From: the human T2T-CHM13v2.0 reference genome, Homo sapiens
NCBI RefSeq assembly: GCF_009914755.1
Contig: NC_060935.1
DNA length: 64,000 nt
Strand: one strand, 5' to 3'
This document shows positions 30,181 through 44,429 of the stretch, piece by piece. Within the stretch, counting starts at the first letter, position 1. Each line of letters opens with the position of its first letter. The position numbers and the translations under genes were made by a program. The notes beneath the pieces are model-generated. The model was not told the origin of the DNA. It made no database searches and saw only the letters and a list, made by a program, of their open reading frames with translations.

Positions 30181-30726
30181 GCATATGCACTGTAGAAATA
30201 AAAGTCAGAGCAATTCGTGGGCATTTCTAGGAGGTATACTCCATTTAAGGCATAAAAGGACTTTCTTAATATTGAGCCACTAACTGTGAACGGGCTGTAT
30301 AATATGGTGGTGAATTCCCTTTTACTGGAAGTCCTGTATCAACTTCCATTAGAGTGGTCTCAGAAGATATTCCTGTAAAGTACAAAACGAACAGACATTT
30401 AAGGCCCTCATCTTCACCACGTGTAAATATTATAAATGCTGATATTCATTAAATTAGTCATGTTCACATTCATTTCTCATTTTTTCAGGATGGATTCATA
30501 AAACTTATTTTCCTTATCCAAGTGTCTAGAAAAAGTTTAGATGCTTTTTACTAGTTTATGGTGAAGCAAAGTTTTGACAAGCAAATGTGATTGTTTTAAT
30601 AATTTAATGAGCTTTTTAAAATATTGCCTCTAGTCTAAACCCTACTGTTTCCTAAAGGCACTAAAAAAATGAGGGTTTCCTTCTCCAGCAAAGCTGCACT
30701 CCACATGCAGGCTTCCCTGTTCACAG

Positions 30727-30852
30727 AAATTATTAAAAGATTTAAGATAAAGAAATTTAAAGAGTCCAGACAAGTCAGTAAAATAACTTTTGTGACTATT
30801 CAAGAAGAATATAAAAAAAATGATCATTTAGCTAGTATTTCTTTTACGTCAG
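30727..30852 (+). other. Candidate 126-nt symmetric exon (unvalidated)
   Basis: Acceptor CTTCCCTGTTCACAG, donor CAG|GTGAGT, open phase 1-1 frame; peptide not recognised. Confidence 0.2.
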
Positions 30853-31124
30853 GTGAGTCACAGACAATAATATTCAGAATTATCTCCTTTTACTGTTAAA
30901 ACTGCTACAACAAAGGAGGACTCTGATAATGCCCATCTTTATAATTAAGCTTTTTGTGTTGACTAAAGAATTTCAACTTCTCCCTTGGGCACTCTTGTTA
31001 AGTTTCAGGAATAGCCGACACTTAGTAGCTTATTGCATTAAGTCATAATGGAAGAGAAAGACTGATATGAAAGTAATATGTTAGTAATGAGCCTCACTGA
31101 TGGTTAGAAAATGTGTCTCCTTCA

Positions 31125-31320
31125 CAGCATGGCTCAGAGGTCAAGCAGCACATGCTCTGGAGTCTGAATTTCCTGCTTACCAGCTATTTGACCTTGAGTA
31201 TATTACTTAACCTCTCTAAATTTAAGTATCTTTATCTGATAATAGGGCTAAATATATATTTCAAAGGGTTGGTTTGTGGATCAAAAGAAACAATACATAT
31301 AAAGGGCTTCAAATAATTAA
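31125..31320 (+). mobile_element. MIR
   Basis: GCTCTGGAGTCTG...GACCTTGAGTATATTACTTAACCTCTCT. Confidence 0.7.
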
Positions 31321-33154
31321 AAAAAGGACTCATGCACCTTTTTTCTGTCTATTTCTGTTTATTATTATTATTACTACATCATACTGAGAGAATTTCTACC
31401 TTAACGAAAATGCTTGTGAGAGATTTCAATTTCAGATTTTTAAACGGTTCATATGAAAATTGTCAGGGACATATTTACTTGAAAATAGCAGTTATGTATT
31501 ATATGTACTCAGACCTAGGTTCAAATAAAACCACATGACACTATCCCAAGATGTTTCTTGTTTATAGGCTCTCCAGAATGTCCCACTACTGGGAACATTT
31601 TAGGAATCAAATTACATGCTATTACTTTACTGTGTATTTACCAATGACTTTTTTAGAGGACAAAATATCCTCATAACTTTATTTGCAAAATATCAAACTT
31701 CCTATAATTTTATTAGCAAATGCACGGCATGACCACTCCTGATGCTGAAGGTAGGCAATGGATAAAGTTGTTCATACTATGACCAACAGTAATGGTGTCA
31801 CTGCACATTTATGGTACCAGATATTCAATTCAGAAAACTAGAATAACAGTGACATCGTTACATAGAACAAGCATTTGTAACCTCATACATATCATGCAAT
31901 AAAGAGCACAGCTCTTAGGTTAAGGTTGCAGCAATGCAGAGCAACCAATGTGGTCACAGTAGCGGGGAAGGAGAGGGGAAATCCTTTCCTGCCACTCCTG
32001 ACATTTCCTTTCATGTGGAGAGAACTCCACTAGCCTCATATCCTTAGCCTATCACTGCTCCTTTACTCATTCCCACAAAAGAGAAACTTAGTCTACACGC
32101 AATGAATTTGGAATAAAAATCTGGCCATGCATAGTCCTTACTGCCCTTGCACTTGGGACAGAGCAGCCTGTAAGCTGGAGGCACAAACTCTCCTGTGCTC
32201 CTCCCTGCCTGGATTTCAGTGGAGCAGGACACAGGGACGCCCTCCTCCAGTCCAACAGGGCTAGGATCTAATACTGGGACCCCATAAGCAGTAAGAAACC
32301 TCACTTCTAAAAGACATCATCAGTATCAGTTTTACCAGTTTATCTTGTCCTTTTGTTTGTACAAGGTGGGGAAGATATACACTATTCATCGGGTCTTTTT
32401 ACACCCAAACAAATTCCAATTGTTTTAACAGTTTTTAAGGAGAAAAACAATCTTTGTTGATGACTTACTATGTGCTAGGCATTATGCTAGACGCTAAAGA
32501 AATAAACATAATTAGGATGCTATTTCTGTTCTTAAGGAGATTAAGGTCTAGTAAGAGAGGAACATATATGTAGAGCATATCTACATAATGTGACAGGTGC
32601 TATATAACTGACATGCTCACATCAATCATTGTACAGTTCTCTGCTAGCAGAGGTTGAGAGATGTGCTCATCCTCAAGCATCATTTACAACTTTGCCCCTT
32701 TCTTTCCTATATAGCAGCATATACCTCAATGCAAGTAAAAATAGTTAATACAGGAATAGATGGAAAGCACTCCAATTTAGAAAAAAAAATCCTTTACAAG
32801 CGATGATACCCTCAGAGTAAAAAATTACATGAGCTCTCACAACTGCACAGGAAGCCTTGGTGATACAGCAGCAGAGTTTTAACCTCTCCTCTATGAAGTT
32901 TTTTGAGGGTAGAAGGGGAGTTCAGAAAGACCTTCAGGGATACAAGGCCCTCTAGCAGCACGAATCCCGTGCCCATACCCACACTAGCTCGGCTTTTTCC
33001 TGTTTTACTCCACAAAAAGAGCTCTTCAAAGAGAAAAACTAAACAAAGGTAGAAAAACATCAAATAAGAACTTAAAGTGTGAGGTAGGAAGTGGCAAGAT
33101 TTGAGGCTGAAGTGGGAGCTGGAGGCCAGGCAATGAAGCCAGTTGTCTTTTCAG

Positions 33155-33335
33155 TGAATGATTCCCACATTTTGCTGCACATTGGAATTGCCTGGACATC
33201 TTTTGAGATGTTGATGCCTAGATCCCACCCATCGACCTTCTGATTATTATAATTAGTAGGAGGTGTGATCAGGACTTAGAGAGTTTTGAAAGTTTCCAGG
33301 TGATTCTAATATGCAACAAGTCAGAAAACCACTAT
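33155..33335. mobile_element. MER5-family hAT MITE
   Basis: GCTGCACATTGGAATTGCCTGG...CCAGGTGATTCTAATATGCA...AAAACCACT. Confidence 0.75.
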
Positions 33336-34554
33336 TATAGACACAAGGGGAAAAAGTGATGAAGCCAGATTCACTTTTTGAAGGGAATTGTGCTGTGGGG
33401 AAATCTGGATTCGAACCTGGTTTGAACAAGCATTAACATCACACATGTATTACATTTTAAACTATCTATGCAGAGGTAACTGCAAAGAATAGCCTTTACC
33501 ATCACATCCAGTCCTGATTCAATGCATACAAGCCAAGGTTTCATTTGTTGGTTTTGCAAGCAATGAAAATTATTACGACTTATTCAAAATGTGTGTTTAT
33601 GTATGTGCTAAACAGTGGTATGAATACGTGTGTGTGTGTGCATGTGTGTGTGTGAAGGACACAAAGCTCAAAAAATAAAGATGAATAGGAACAACCAACC
33701 AATGCTAAGATGAATGATAAGTAAGGTAACACCCAGGGCATCTCTGAGAACATCAGCACAGAAATGTATGGAACTTCTCTTAGCTGACAGCACTGCCATT
33801 TAGTTATTTAGCTATTAGCGTTAGTATTGGTATTTAGTGTTCTAATACATTTCATCTCTTTGCCTCTCTCCATTCCTGTTACAAATACTGAGGAGAAAGT
33901 GATTGGCCCAGCTTGGGTCATAGGAATTCCCATGGGTCAATGAGTCATGATCAGGAACTAATCCAGAAGAATTAGCACAAACATGGCAACACACAGGGCT
34001 GCTGTTAAAGCTCTGCAGCATCCCAGCTTCCCCACCCACCCAGCCCCAGTTTCTGTCTACTACATCTGATTAAGTGTTAAATCTACCCTGGACCACCTGA
34101 GAAGGAGAGACGAGTATAAAGGGACATTACCTGTGCCCATTGAAAAAAATGTGGAATAGGTGAGTCATACCTTAGTAAAGGATATGCCACCTTGAATAAG
34201 AAAAATGAAAGATTAAAAGCTGGTGTGCATAAAAATTGATTAATCTATCAAAAATGCTGCATAGTATACTTTGAAATTTGTGCCCAAACACAGCTCCACC
34301 TACTCCTTGGTTCATCTCTACTAAATGCTAGTGGTACCCTCCATTCATCACAGCAAACAAAACACCGATTTTGCTTTCAAACATCTCTAGACTACAGTGG
34401 CATCCCCAGCTGAGACCCTCTAGACACATAAAAAGGCTGGCACAAATAGATGGCTCCATGCATGATTGCGTGTGTATTTCTGCTTTCCTTTGCAAGTCTG
34501 TCAAAAACAATGAATAAAATATATTCGCTATAAAAAATACTGATTCAGAAGAAG

Positions 34555-34800
34555 CAGTATAGAATTGGTTCTGGAATGAGAAAACTCTGGTTTGGAATTC
34601 TGGCCTCTTACTTGGGAAATTTATTTTACCTCAATAAGTGTCAACTTATTGACCTTTAAAATGAGGGCAAGAATCATACCTACCTGGAAGATTTACTGTG
34701 AGGATTAAATGAAATAATGCACATTGATAATGCACATGAAGTTCTTGGCATTGTCCAACACATAAAAATGCCCAATAAATGGCAGTGATTGTTATTTTTG
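34555..34800 (+). mobile_element. MIR
   Basis: TAAAATGAGGG...ACCTACC...TGTGAGGATTAAATGAAATAATGCA. Confidence 0.7.
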
Positions 34801-35640
34801 CTGTTACCATTATTATTGCTGCTCATAATTCTTAATTACAATATTGAATTCAGAAATTAAATTATCCTCATGGTGACCTAGAAATGCAAACTCCGTACAT
34901 CCAGTGATAGAGCAGAGTTTCCAAATTAAGGCTGTGACCACCGGCCTTATAGTAAACATCGCACATGTTCTGCAGTTATATATTGAACATTTTGAAATAA
35001 ACTGGAAACGCACATAGAATTTTAAAAATATAAGAGACACAGCAAATTGTAAGGAACCTGACAGAGCATAATACAGAGCTCTGCCTCAAACTGGAGCTTT
35101 ATATTTACCCAGGAACTAACATCCCACTCTGTCACTGTCATCATCTTTTTTTTTTTTCTTTTTTCCTTTCAGCAACTTCAACCTTTTTTATCTTTGCAGG
35201 TAGCACTGTGTGGCAGCTATTTAGGCACCCTGGAGAGTGGTTTAATGATGAGGAAGCACTGACACATAACAGCCGCATAAAGATTTAACAGCACTTCTTG
35301 TCAACTTTCCCTTAACCTGCAACGTTTCCTCCTGTGATCATCTTGAATCATGAGCAGACACACAGAAATAAATACATGCTTTTCCAGTCATGTCTCCAGG
35401 AGCAGGTTCTCTTTTTCATTTGTAACACAGAGGAGAAGGAAAACATCGTAGTATACCACCTTGCTATAATGGTTGCAGGGAGCATTGTGCACCAGCATCA
35501 GATGCTTCCTTAAAGCAGCAGGGTGCAAAAATTGCCATCTTAGAAGTTGCCACCTGAGATCCTCCTAAAGAAGAAACTTCAAGTTAAATACTGTAATCAG
35601 TGTTTTGGAGGTAGAGCGTGAAACACGAAGTCAAGAGTTA

Positions 35641-35985
<345 letters not shown>

Positions 35986-36787
35986 TTAAAGGGGGTTGAC
36001 AGAGCATGAAAGATAGAGAATAAGAAAGTGGAGAGAAAGAACTAAGGGCCAAGTAGCACAATAGGAGGCTGCAATCTGCAGAAATTCAAGCAGATGGAAG
36101 AATACAAGGGGTATATGATGAGGCAGAATAACCCTCTACATTCTAAGGTCATTTGTAATCCCCCCCTTTTCTCTACCAAAACTTCAAGTGAAGTCTAATG
36201 CAACCACAGTTTCTTGTGAGATGAGGCGTTCAGGAGGCACTGGCCCCAAGGAAGAGCAGGGACATTGTAATGAGATGTTTGGTTCTCTAGGTGGTGATGT
36301 GCCTCAAAGTGAATGAACAGTGGCTGCAGCAGTGCTGACAGTGGTGCACAGAAGCAGCAGAAATAACTCCAGGTGGGCAAGAGATTAACCCACTTTTCTC
36401 CAAATGGCTAGAGAGATATTAGCTCTGGAAAGGGCAGTATCTGAGCAACATAAATTAATGCCTCTGGCTGCTAAGACACAACAGAAGATGAAATGTCCTT
36501 ACATCAGTCTTCCCTATACTCAACTATACTAGCCTTCTTTCTGTTCGAATAAACCATGTGTGTTCACCTTCAAGGACTTTGACTTTGCTCTTCTTCTTGA
36601 ATACCCTTCTTAGAGCATGGCTCATTTTTGTCATTCAAGCTTTGGCTCCAACATCCTCAGAGAGACCTTCTTAGACCACCTGTCTAAAGTTCCTCCCCTC
36701 CCCTGGCTACAGCTATTACCTATCACTTCATCATGTTTTATTCTTTTTACAGACCTTCTAACCTTCTGATACTTTTGGTTTATTAAT

Positions 36788-37386
36788 TATATTTCATTGA
36801 ATCAAAAAGGCCATCAATTATAAGATGCACATTATCTTGTGTATTCTAAGAAAGCTAAATGCTGCCAATTAAACTGACACAATATTTGCTTATCATTTTG
36901 AATTCTGATTATACACTTAATTATAAGTGCTCTTTTGGATTTATGTAGACAATGATTTTTATCATATGTCACCTTGTACAAACATAAATAAGAAAATATA
37001 TTGTTCATTGTTTTGCAATAAAACATGAAGTTGTAGTCAGTCTTTCCTTCAAAACAATATTAGTTTTGTAAATATCAAATTTAGGTCTCACTGCTCTGTT
37101 TCTGTCCTTTCTGCAGCAACAATAACTTCTTGTTTTAATGTCAAATCAAAGTGCAATCTTTTCAAAATATTTTAAATGGCAATCAGACTTGTGTAATACT
37201 AATAGTGCATGTAACTTAACTGAAATGGCAACAATATGGCCCTCTTTGAAGTTTGGAAATGACAGCTACAATACTCCTGCTGCCTTGCCAGTGGTGAGAA
37301 AGACATCATTAATTGTTACCAGCATCTGACTTCAAAATTTCTAAAATGTGAAAAACAAATGTGTATCTTAGTATCAGTTAAATAAG
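36788..37386. mobile_element. Kanga/MER104-like Tc2 DNA transposon inserted in an L2
   Basis: Ends TATTTCATTGAATC..AAGATGCAC and AATGTGAAAAA..ATGTGTATCTTAGTATCAGTTAAATA resemble Tc2 TIRs; L2 on both sides (~36480-36787, ~37387-37530). Confidence 0.65.
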
Positions 37387-37895
37387 CTAACTTTTTATTT
37401 GTTTACTATTTCCCCCATAGCTCCTCCATCACTAAAATAGAAGATCTATGAGAAGAGAGACTTTGCCTACATATCCTTAGAGTCTACACCATAATAAGTA
37501 TTCCAAAACGTATTCATTAAAAGAATGATAAGTGTTCTCTCTTAAATCCGGTGCTTTACCATTCAGGATGCAATGTCTCTGTCAACTTACAAAGAGTGGC
37601 ATTTCTGGTCTAGCAATTGTACCTTGAAGATTTGCTGCCACCAATGAGAAGAAATGCTATCTAATCTCCTTAGACAGAGACACTGTCCCAGAGTTTTCCT
37701 TTAAGTATCCTAAATGGCAATGAACTGTAAAAAAAAAAAAAAAAAAAAAAAAAAGGGGATGCTTGGTGATCTATCTACCTTTCGATAAGATAATCTCTAG
37801 GCTGAAATTCTCATTTGCAGAAGTCTGGTAAAGAAGAGATAAAACTGACAAGTGGCACCAGATGAATCTTTGGATGTATGTTCAGAGAAGATCTG

Positions 37896-37929
<34 letters not shown>

Positions 37930-38814
37930 AAACACTATCCCCTTCAGGCTCAGGAAATCTTGAGATTTACGTACCTTCTGACATGGTGAGCATGCCAAAA
38001 AACAGGTAAGTATCAGAAATTCAGATAGTGTTAGATAAAACTCTCTCTTTTTATTTAATTGTATGAAATTCATATCACTCATTCCAAGGTCAGTTTCTCA
38101 TTGTTTTCCTTGATACTCTCTCTTTAAGTTACCTCCTTATACTTATCTAGGTAAAACTATACTGAATAGATAAAAGTTCTAATAAAAGTCACCTGAAACC
38201 TTGCATATTTTTAAAAATTTGCACAAGTAGCACAGCCTTGACATGTGCATACCTATATGAATTCCAGATATTACTATAAAAATTATTTTTTCTTTTTTTT
38301 CTGCTCTGTACAGAGATGTAACAAGATAATTACCTACTTCTCTATAGTTGGAAACAAAATTCTTAATGACCTCTCTTTGGGTTTCCTGTAAACTTTTTTG
38401 CAACCTCTTTAAGTGGGGGCTCTTCTTTCACAGTGATTTCTTCCTGGCATCTACTACTTGCATTATCTTTTCAAGTTACTTGTGTTCTTCATGCTCCATA
38501 ACATGAGTAAGAGAGGCTTATAAAGCCATTCTAGAAAGGAAGTAGACTAATGAGCTAGATACTACAGATAATATACATCTTTATATCATTATTTCACATA
38601 ATTATTTATGCTGAATATTGATGTTCTCATTAATACCATTATCCTTTTCTCATCTAACCCAGAATTCACTGTGGGACAGGAAATGGAGATTATGAGTACA
38701 ATTAGTTGATTTTTCAAAATAAATCAACCTCCTTAATACTAAACCCACCTTTTCATAATGTTCTGAGAATATAACAAATGAACAATTTGACTGCAAAATA
38801 TATTGTGCAGTGAC

Positions 38815-39040
38815 TGTATTAGTTAGGATAGGATAGGTTATGCTGCAGTAACAAAATAATCTTGATATCTCAGCAGTTTAACTCAAAGTGTGTTTCTTGC
38901 TTACATAAAAATCAGAGACCCTCTTCATCATTTGAACTGTAAGGTTGTCACAGGAAGAGGCATACTGACTCTTAACTGCCTCAGGCCAGAGTTGACCAAT
39001 GTCACTTCTGTTACACCTCATAGGCTAGAATTAGTTATGA
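38815..39040 (-). mobile_element. MLT1J/K-like LTR fragment
   Basis: TATTAGTTAGGATAGGATAGGTTATGCTGCAGTAACAAA. Confidence 0.65.
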
Positions 39041-41199
39041 GGATTAAATGAATATTAACTTCCTATGGTAAGTAGCACAGTACTTTGGTACTCAAATATT
39101 TGTTAAACAAGTGGAAGATTAAATGACTGCCAGCATCCAATAAAATGGCATGCAACAATGTCATCTTTCCTACTTTCGATTAATATACTGAGTCTTTAGA
39201 AATCACAAATAACAAATTTAAAATTAGGAACAATTTTCATCAAGAAGAGTTTGGCATGATTTTTATAAGTTAAAGCAGTTTTTAAATGCTGTGGGAACTT
39301 CTGTAGCTGAACATCTTTTGGGCTGTTTTTAAAAAGTTACAGTGACAAGCAGAGTTTTAAAGCTCTCATTATATTTCCAGCTTCTAAACTAAGGAGAATA
39401 CAATGAAGATATCCAGCCATATTTACACACTTGGAGTTGTCTAGCACAAGAGATGAAGATGCCCCTCCATATTCAAGTATGGCAGTATGTGACAAATGCT
39501 CTAGTTCTCTGCAAATACTATCCTCCCTTAGGATCTTATTGACATGTTTCACTGTGCCATCCAATTTTTAATTCACAGCAACTAGTTCTCCTTGAATTAA
39601 ACAAATAACAGTCACTAACGTTTACTGAAATGCTGCTATGTGTCATATAATGTAATAGACAAGGCTCGTGAGGGCAAGAGTATTTTATAAGTTCCAGTCT
39701 ATCAATTAAAACAATAACAAGAAAACTGAGGCTCGAAGAGGCTCTGTAACGTGCTATTATGTGGCAGAGCCCTGAGTCCTGGTGTATTCTGTATACAGGG
39801 TTCATGCATATCATTTACCAGGGACATGATATGGTAAAAAAGAAGATACCTAGCAGCCAACAGAAAGAACATCTCTTAATTGCTGATATGGACCCATGTC
39901 AAGACAGACACTTGTGCAATCTCCTTGTTTCTCTGAATGAATCTCACAACTACATGCATTTTAGTAGCATTAATCATTCCTATCAGCCAATAATAAAGTA
40001 GGAAGCATGAAAATATAAACTATATTTTTGAAAAGTTATATTTCCATCACCCTTTTCAAGTATGAACCCAGCTGTGTGTATATTACCAAATATTTAGGGG
40101 TCACAAACACAGATATAAATGTATACTCACACAAGTGCAATGCCATCTTTGGAGTACTATATACCACATAACTGCTGAAAACTCAGCAGTATTAATGGAA
40201 TACTCACATTAAACACTAGCCTTAATTTTTTCCAGCTGCTAAGTGTCTCTAGAAAAGTACTTCCCATTAATCACAGTTAAAATATCCTAAGTATACTATT
40301 AAAGGAAATTATTGTGTTGGATTAGAAAATTGATCACATATACAAAATGGAATTCCAAACTGGGAGAATAAACCTCAAAAAAAAAGCTTAATTAATTCAA
40401 GTCATACAGCTTCAGAAACAACTGGGTATGAAGAGTCTTACCTGGCTTTGAGCATCAGATGGTGGTACCCAGTCCATAGGACAGACTGATTCATCCACTC
40501 ATGCACTCACTCATTCATTTATTTATTAAGCACTTCCAATGTGTCAGGTCATGTGCTAAGCTCTGAGATCCTACACACACTGTATCTTCAAGAAGTGCAA
40601 AGTCAGTATTTCAGTTAAGAACACGAAGATGTCTCCTGGAAGTTGAGGCAGTATGTTTATTCAGGTCTCAGGAGGGGCTGAAGCCTACACCTCAAACTCT
40701 GAAGCAGAGGTCTACCCTCCTGAAAAACCCTGGGCTGCACATCTGCAGTCTCCTTTCTGACTGCCTCTTCCTTCTGAAGGCACAAACTGGAATGTAGCTA
40801 TTCTCAGCTTAGCTTTCATGACTTCCTACCTCACTGACTCTCCGAGTTCAAATTCCAGCTACTTATCACAGGAAATCTGGCTAACCAAGGCTGAGTCATG
40901 TGTCTGCCCTTGTCCAGTGCCCTGAGGCCAGTGGGGAGGAGCAGGGCATCCACTGCCCTCTCAGTAGGGGCTACAGTTAGTCCCTCTGAGAATAACCATG
41001 GGTGGAAGGCAGGCAAACTGACTAAGATATCTGTTATATTAAATAGACAATCACACTTAGATGGTGTTAATATAATAACATTTAACATTTAACACAGTTT
41101 CTGGCACAAAATAAGTTCTAAATAGATAGTGGTTACCCTTTCAGTGGCTATTACAGCACCTGGTATTGGCTGTTATGTGGAAAGTAAGCCAAAAGGCCT

Positions 41200-41820
41200 G
41201 GGGCAGCCAAATGCAGGGGCACCTATCTCAATACTAAGGGAACATAGAAAGGCTTTCAAGATGAGATGGTGAAAGATGAGGAGGAACTAACAGATAGAAT
41301 TGACTGTTTGTGTGGCAGGGAGAAGAGAGTAGTCCAAAATGGTGCAATATGTATGAAATTCCAGAAATAAGAGAACATGCTATTTTCCATAAATTCTATG
41401 TGACTTAGCACGCCAGAAGCTTAAGGTATAAGTTTGTGGAAAGACTGGGTGAAATGAGGCTTGGAGGGGTTGAAGAAGTCAGATCATCAGCATTACTCAG
41501 AAGGCTATTTGGTGGTATTGAAGAATTTTAAGAAGAGAAGGTATCTGATCAAATTTCTACCTACTCCTTGCAGTGTGGAGGATGGTGGATTAGAGGATAA
41601 CGGAGGGTGGGAAATCTCAGTTCATATGGGTGCCATTCACCAAGATAGAGTGCCAAAGTCAAAGCTACTTTAGAAAACACTGGGATGGGTTTGGTCCTGC
41701 ACTTAATGAATCTGAGATGCCTGAAAGACAGCTATGAGCTGAGGTGTCTATAAGGGGACTGAATGTAAGGGTCTGAGCTCATGAGAGAGGTCTAGGAATG
41801 GGTGGAGAGCTAATGATAAA
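41200..41820 (-). mobile_element. L2 fragment
   Basis: Purine-rich antisense L2, e.g. GAATCTGAGATGCCTGAAAGACA...GGTCTGAGCTCATGAGAGAGGTCTAGG. Confidence 0.6.
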
Positions 41821-43935
41821 ATATATTACACACCAGCTCCAAGAGCTTTGGAAAGACAGAAGTGGAACCATTAACTCTCTGGAAGCCTGGGAAGGATTCT
41901 CAAAGAAGATGACATCGGATTGGAGTCTGGAAGGAGAAAGGAGGGACCTCCAGGGAACAGGTGAGATGGGATGAGGAGGGAGAGAGGAGCATTCCTAGCA
42001 CAGGGATTCCACACAGGGGCAACTCTGTAAACCCCAGCTTTGAAATCTGAAAAAGGAGGCCATTGGGCACCACTCAGCTTGCTTGTACACAGGAAAAGAC
42101 ATAATATTGTGTCTATGACTTAATCCTTAGAGACTAGACAGGCAAGAGAGTCAAGGCTATATATGACTGAATGCTCTAGCTACTGTCCTATAAACATTCT
42201 AAAGAAACAAAGTATTTCTAAAATCACATTCACAGGCTTCCAGTTAAACATGACAGATTGAACAAGAGTGTTTACCTTCCTTTCCTCAAAAAACCCAGCA
42301 ATCCTCATCTCCCAGTGTAAAAAGATAATAAGTAATGTCTAAAGTTGACAAATCTAAAAACAATAGTATATGCCAAGAAATAACAAAACAAATGCCAATT
42401 AAAGAAAATAAGTGAAACTCTTCTGGGGATTGGGACTTGTGCATAAAAACAGATTAGAAGGACCACTCTTCAATATTACAAATCCTGAGGGATTTCTGCT
42501 TGATTTTTCTAACTATACGCACGTATTGCTCTGGAAAAATAAACATTTTATAAATTACAACATCAATGAAGTGTGAATGAGATTTAGCTTGGATGTAACT
42601 TTTCACAAATACACCTTTCCAATAGTAAATAACATGGAAAGCATGATTATTCCATACTAAATCTAAGTCAACACACTCTACCAGGCATGATCGCCTTGCA
42701 CCATACCAATCTGTCATCACTTTTATATTTTATGAAGAATTTGTCCTGTCTGCTAGACTAGATGCTTTTAAGAAATAATCAAACATTTGGGTCAACTCCC
42801 TTGAACATTTTACAGTCACATTTTACTATCATACATCATAGGATTTTAGAGCTAGAAGGGTCTTTAGAATGTAACTAGTCCAATGTCCTCATTTTGTACA
42901 TGGAAAAAATAAGCTGGAGGTGAAATGGCTTATCAGTGACTGTGCTCAGGAAACAATCCAGAGCCCCTCCTTCCTGGTCCATTGTTTGTTCCACAAAACC
43001 AGTATTTCCCAAGCTTGGGTCTACTGAACACTAGGTTTGTGATACCACGTGGCCTGAATAATACTAACAGTATTGTCAATAATAAGTCCATTTTTAAATC
43101 TTTCTGTTGTTTAGAATTTCAGTAACAAAAGAAGATCCTTTGTTTGATATGGGCCAATACAGAGCTGTATCCTAAATAAATAAAATGTTATGGCATCTCC
43201 TGATGAGCATAAACAAGAGAGATTCAATCCTTGCTCTTCCGGAGCTTATCAACATACATTCAATCTATGAGAAACAGAGACTTAAACAGAAAAAAAAAAA
43301 TGGAATAAAGTAGAATGACTGGCACACAAAAAACCTTCATGGGAACTGGGATATATTGACCAAAGCTGAAATCACAAGTATGCCTACGAATAGAAAATTT
43401 ATCGTATTGTTTCTAGAATAAAAAATGTAAAAGATATTTGGTAAATTTTACAGTGATCCAAAAAGTACTGAGTCTCTTTAGTATTCCATACTTTACAATG
43501 TTACGGTCGAGTTGATAGATCTCACTTTGCCACAGACCACCCTATTGAAGAGACTGATAGTGGCATTTGACTTGCACATAACAAATTATCTGATGATTAT
43601 AAACTTCCATTGTATCTAAAATTATTCTATAGTGATATAGATCACCACTTTTTTTTTTTTTTTTTTTTTTTTTTACATTCTAACCTACTGGATATCTGGA
43701 TTTCTCTGTCTGGAGTTCTGTCCGACATTTGACACTCCTGCCTTTCCCAACAGGCCCACTTAATACCCAGATCAAGCTGTTTTTGCAACTTTTGCTGACA
43801 GGCACCTGGTACCCTCCCAGACACACCCTTATATGTAATGCAGTAGCTTTGCAGAGAAATGTCAGAGTTTTCCATTGCTTGCTTACAAGGCTATCTCTGC
43901 AGCAGAAAATGAGTTATTGAAAGCAGAAAACATAC

Positions 43936-43989
43936 CTGCTCATCTTGTATCCTCCACTTTTAGCCAACACTTGCACCCCATAACTTGAC
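43936..43989 (-). other. Candidate 54-nt exon (unvalidated)
   Basis: Minus strand TCTTCATAACATAG|GTCAAG...ATGAGCAG|GTATGT; one open frame SSYGVQVLAKSGGYKMS. Confidence 0.18.
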
Positions 43990-44429
43990 CTATGTTATGA
44001 AGACGAATATTTTCTGAACACTTTTTTATTATAAACAAATGATGTAAATCCATAAGTTGTGATAGCTAATGTGCTGTAATAATTCTATGAATTAAACAAA
44101 GGAATGAAATGATAAATATTCTCCCTAAATTACATACTTATTAAATAGAGAAAAAATGACAACACATTCTAAATTATACATTAATTTTTTTACATTAAAA
44201 AACTCACTTTTATGAAAACCCAAAGAGGAAATCCACATTTACAAAGCAGTTATTCTAGACAAAAATTGGCATCACAAAAGATTTCACTATATAGCTCATT
44301 AAACAGCAACCTCCCTGGTTAGATTAATTTTGTTTCCCAGTTTTGAAAATGTATGATTCTCCATTCAGTTAAATAAAGGCTTATGTTTCCTCCTAGCCCT
44401 ATGTGTATTATAGCAAAGCACAAGCTCTT

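Noticed and set aside
37948-38005. Plus-strand 58-nt exon ending CAG|GTAAGT
   Set aside because: The donor is strong, but the acceptor has a very short pyrimidine tract preceded by (AAAAC)n. The length is not a multiple of 3 and the peptide is unrecognised.
40437-40500. Minus-strand donor CAG|GTAAGA
   Set aside because: No plausible acceptor; upstream sequence is an L2 tail. Isolated donors are common.
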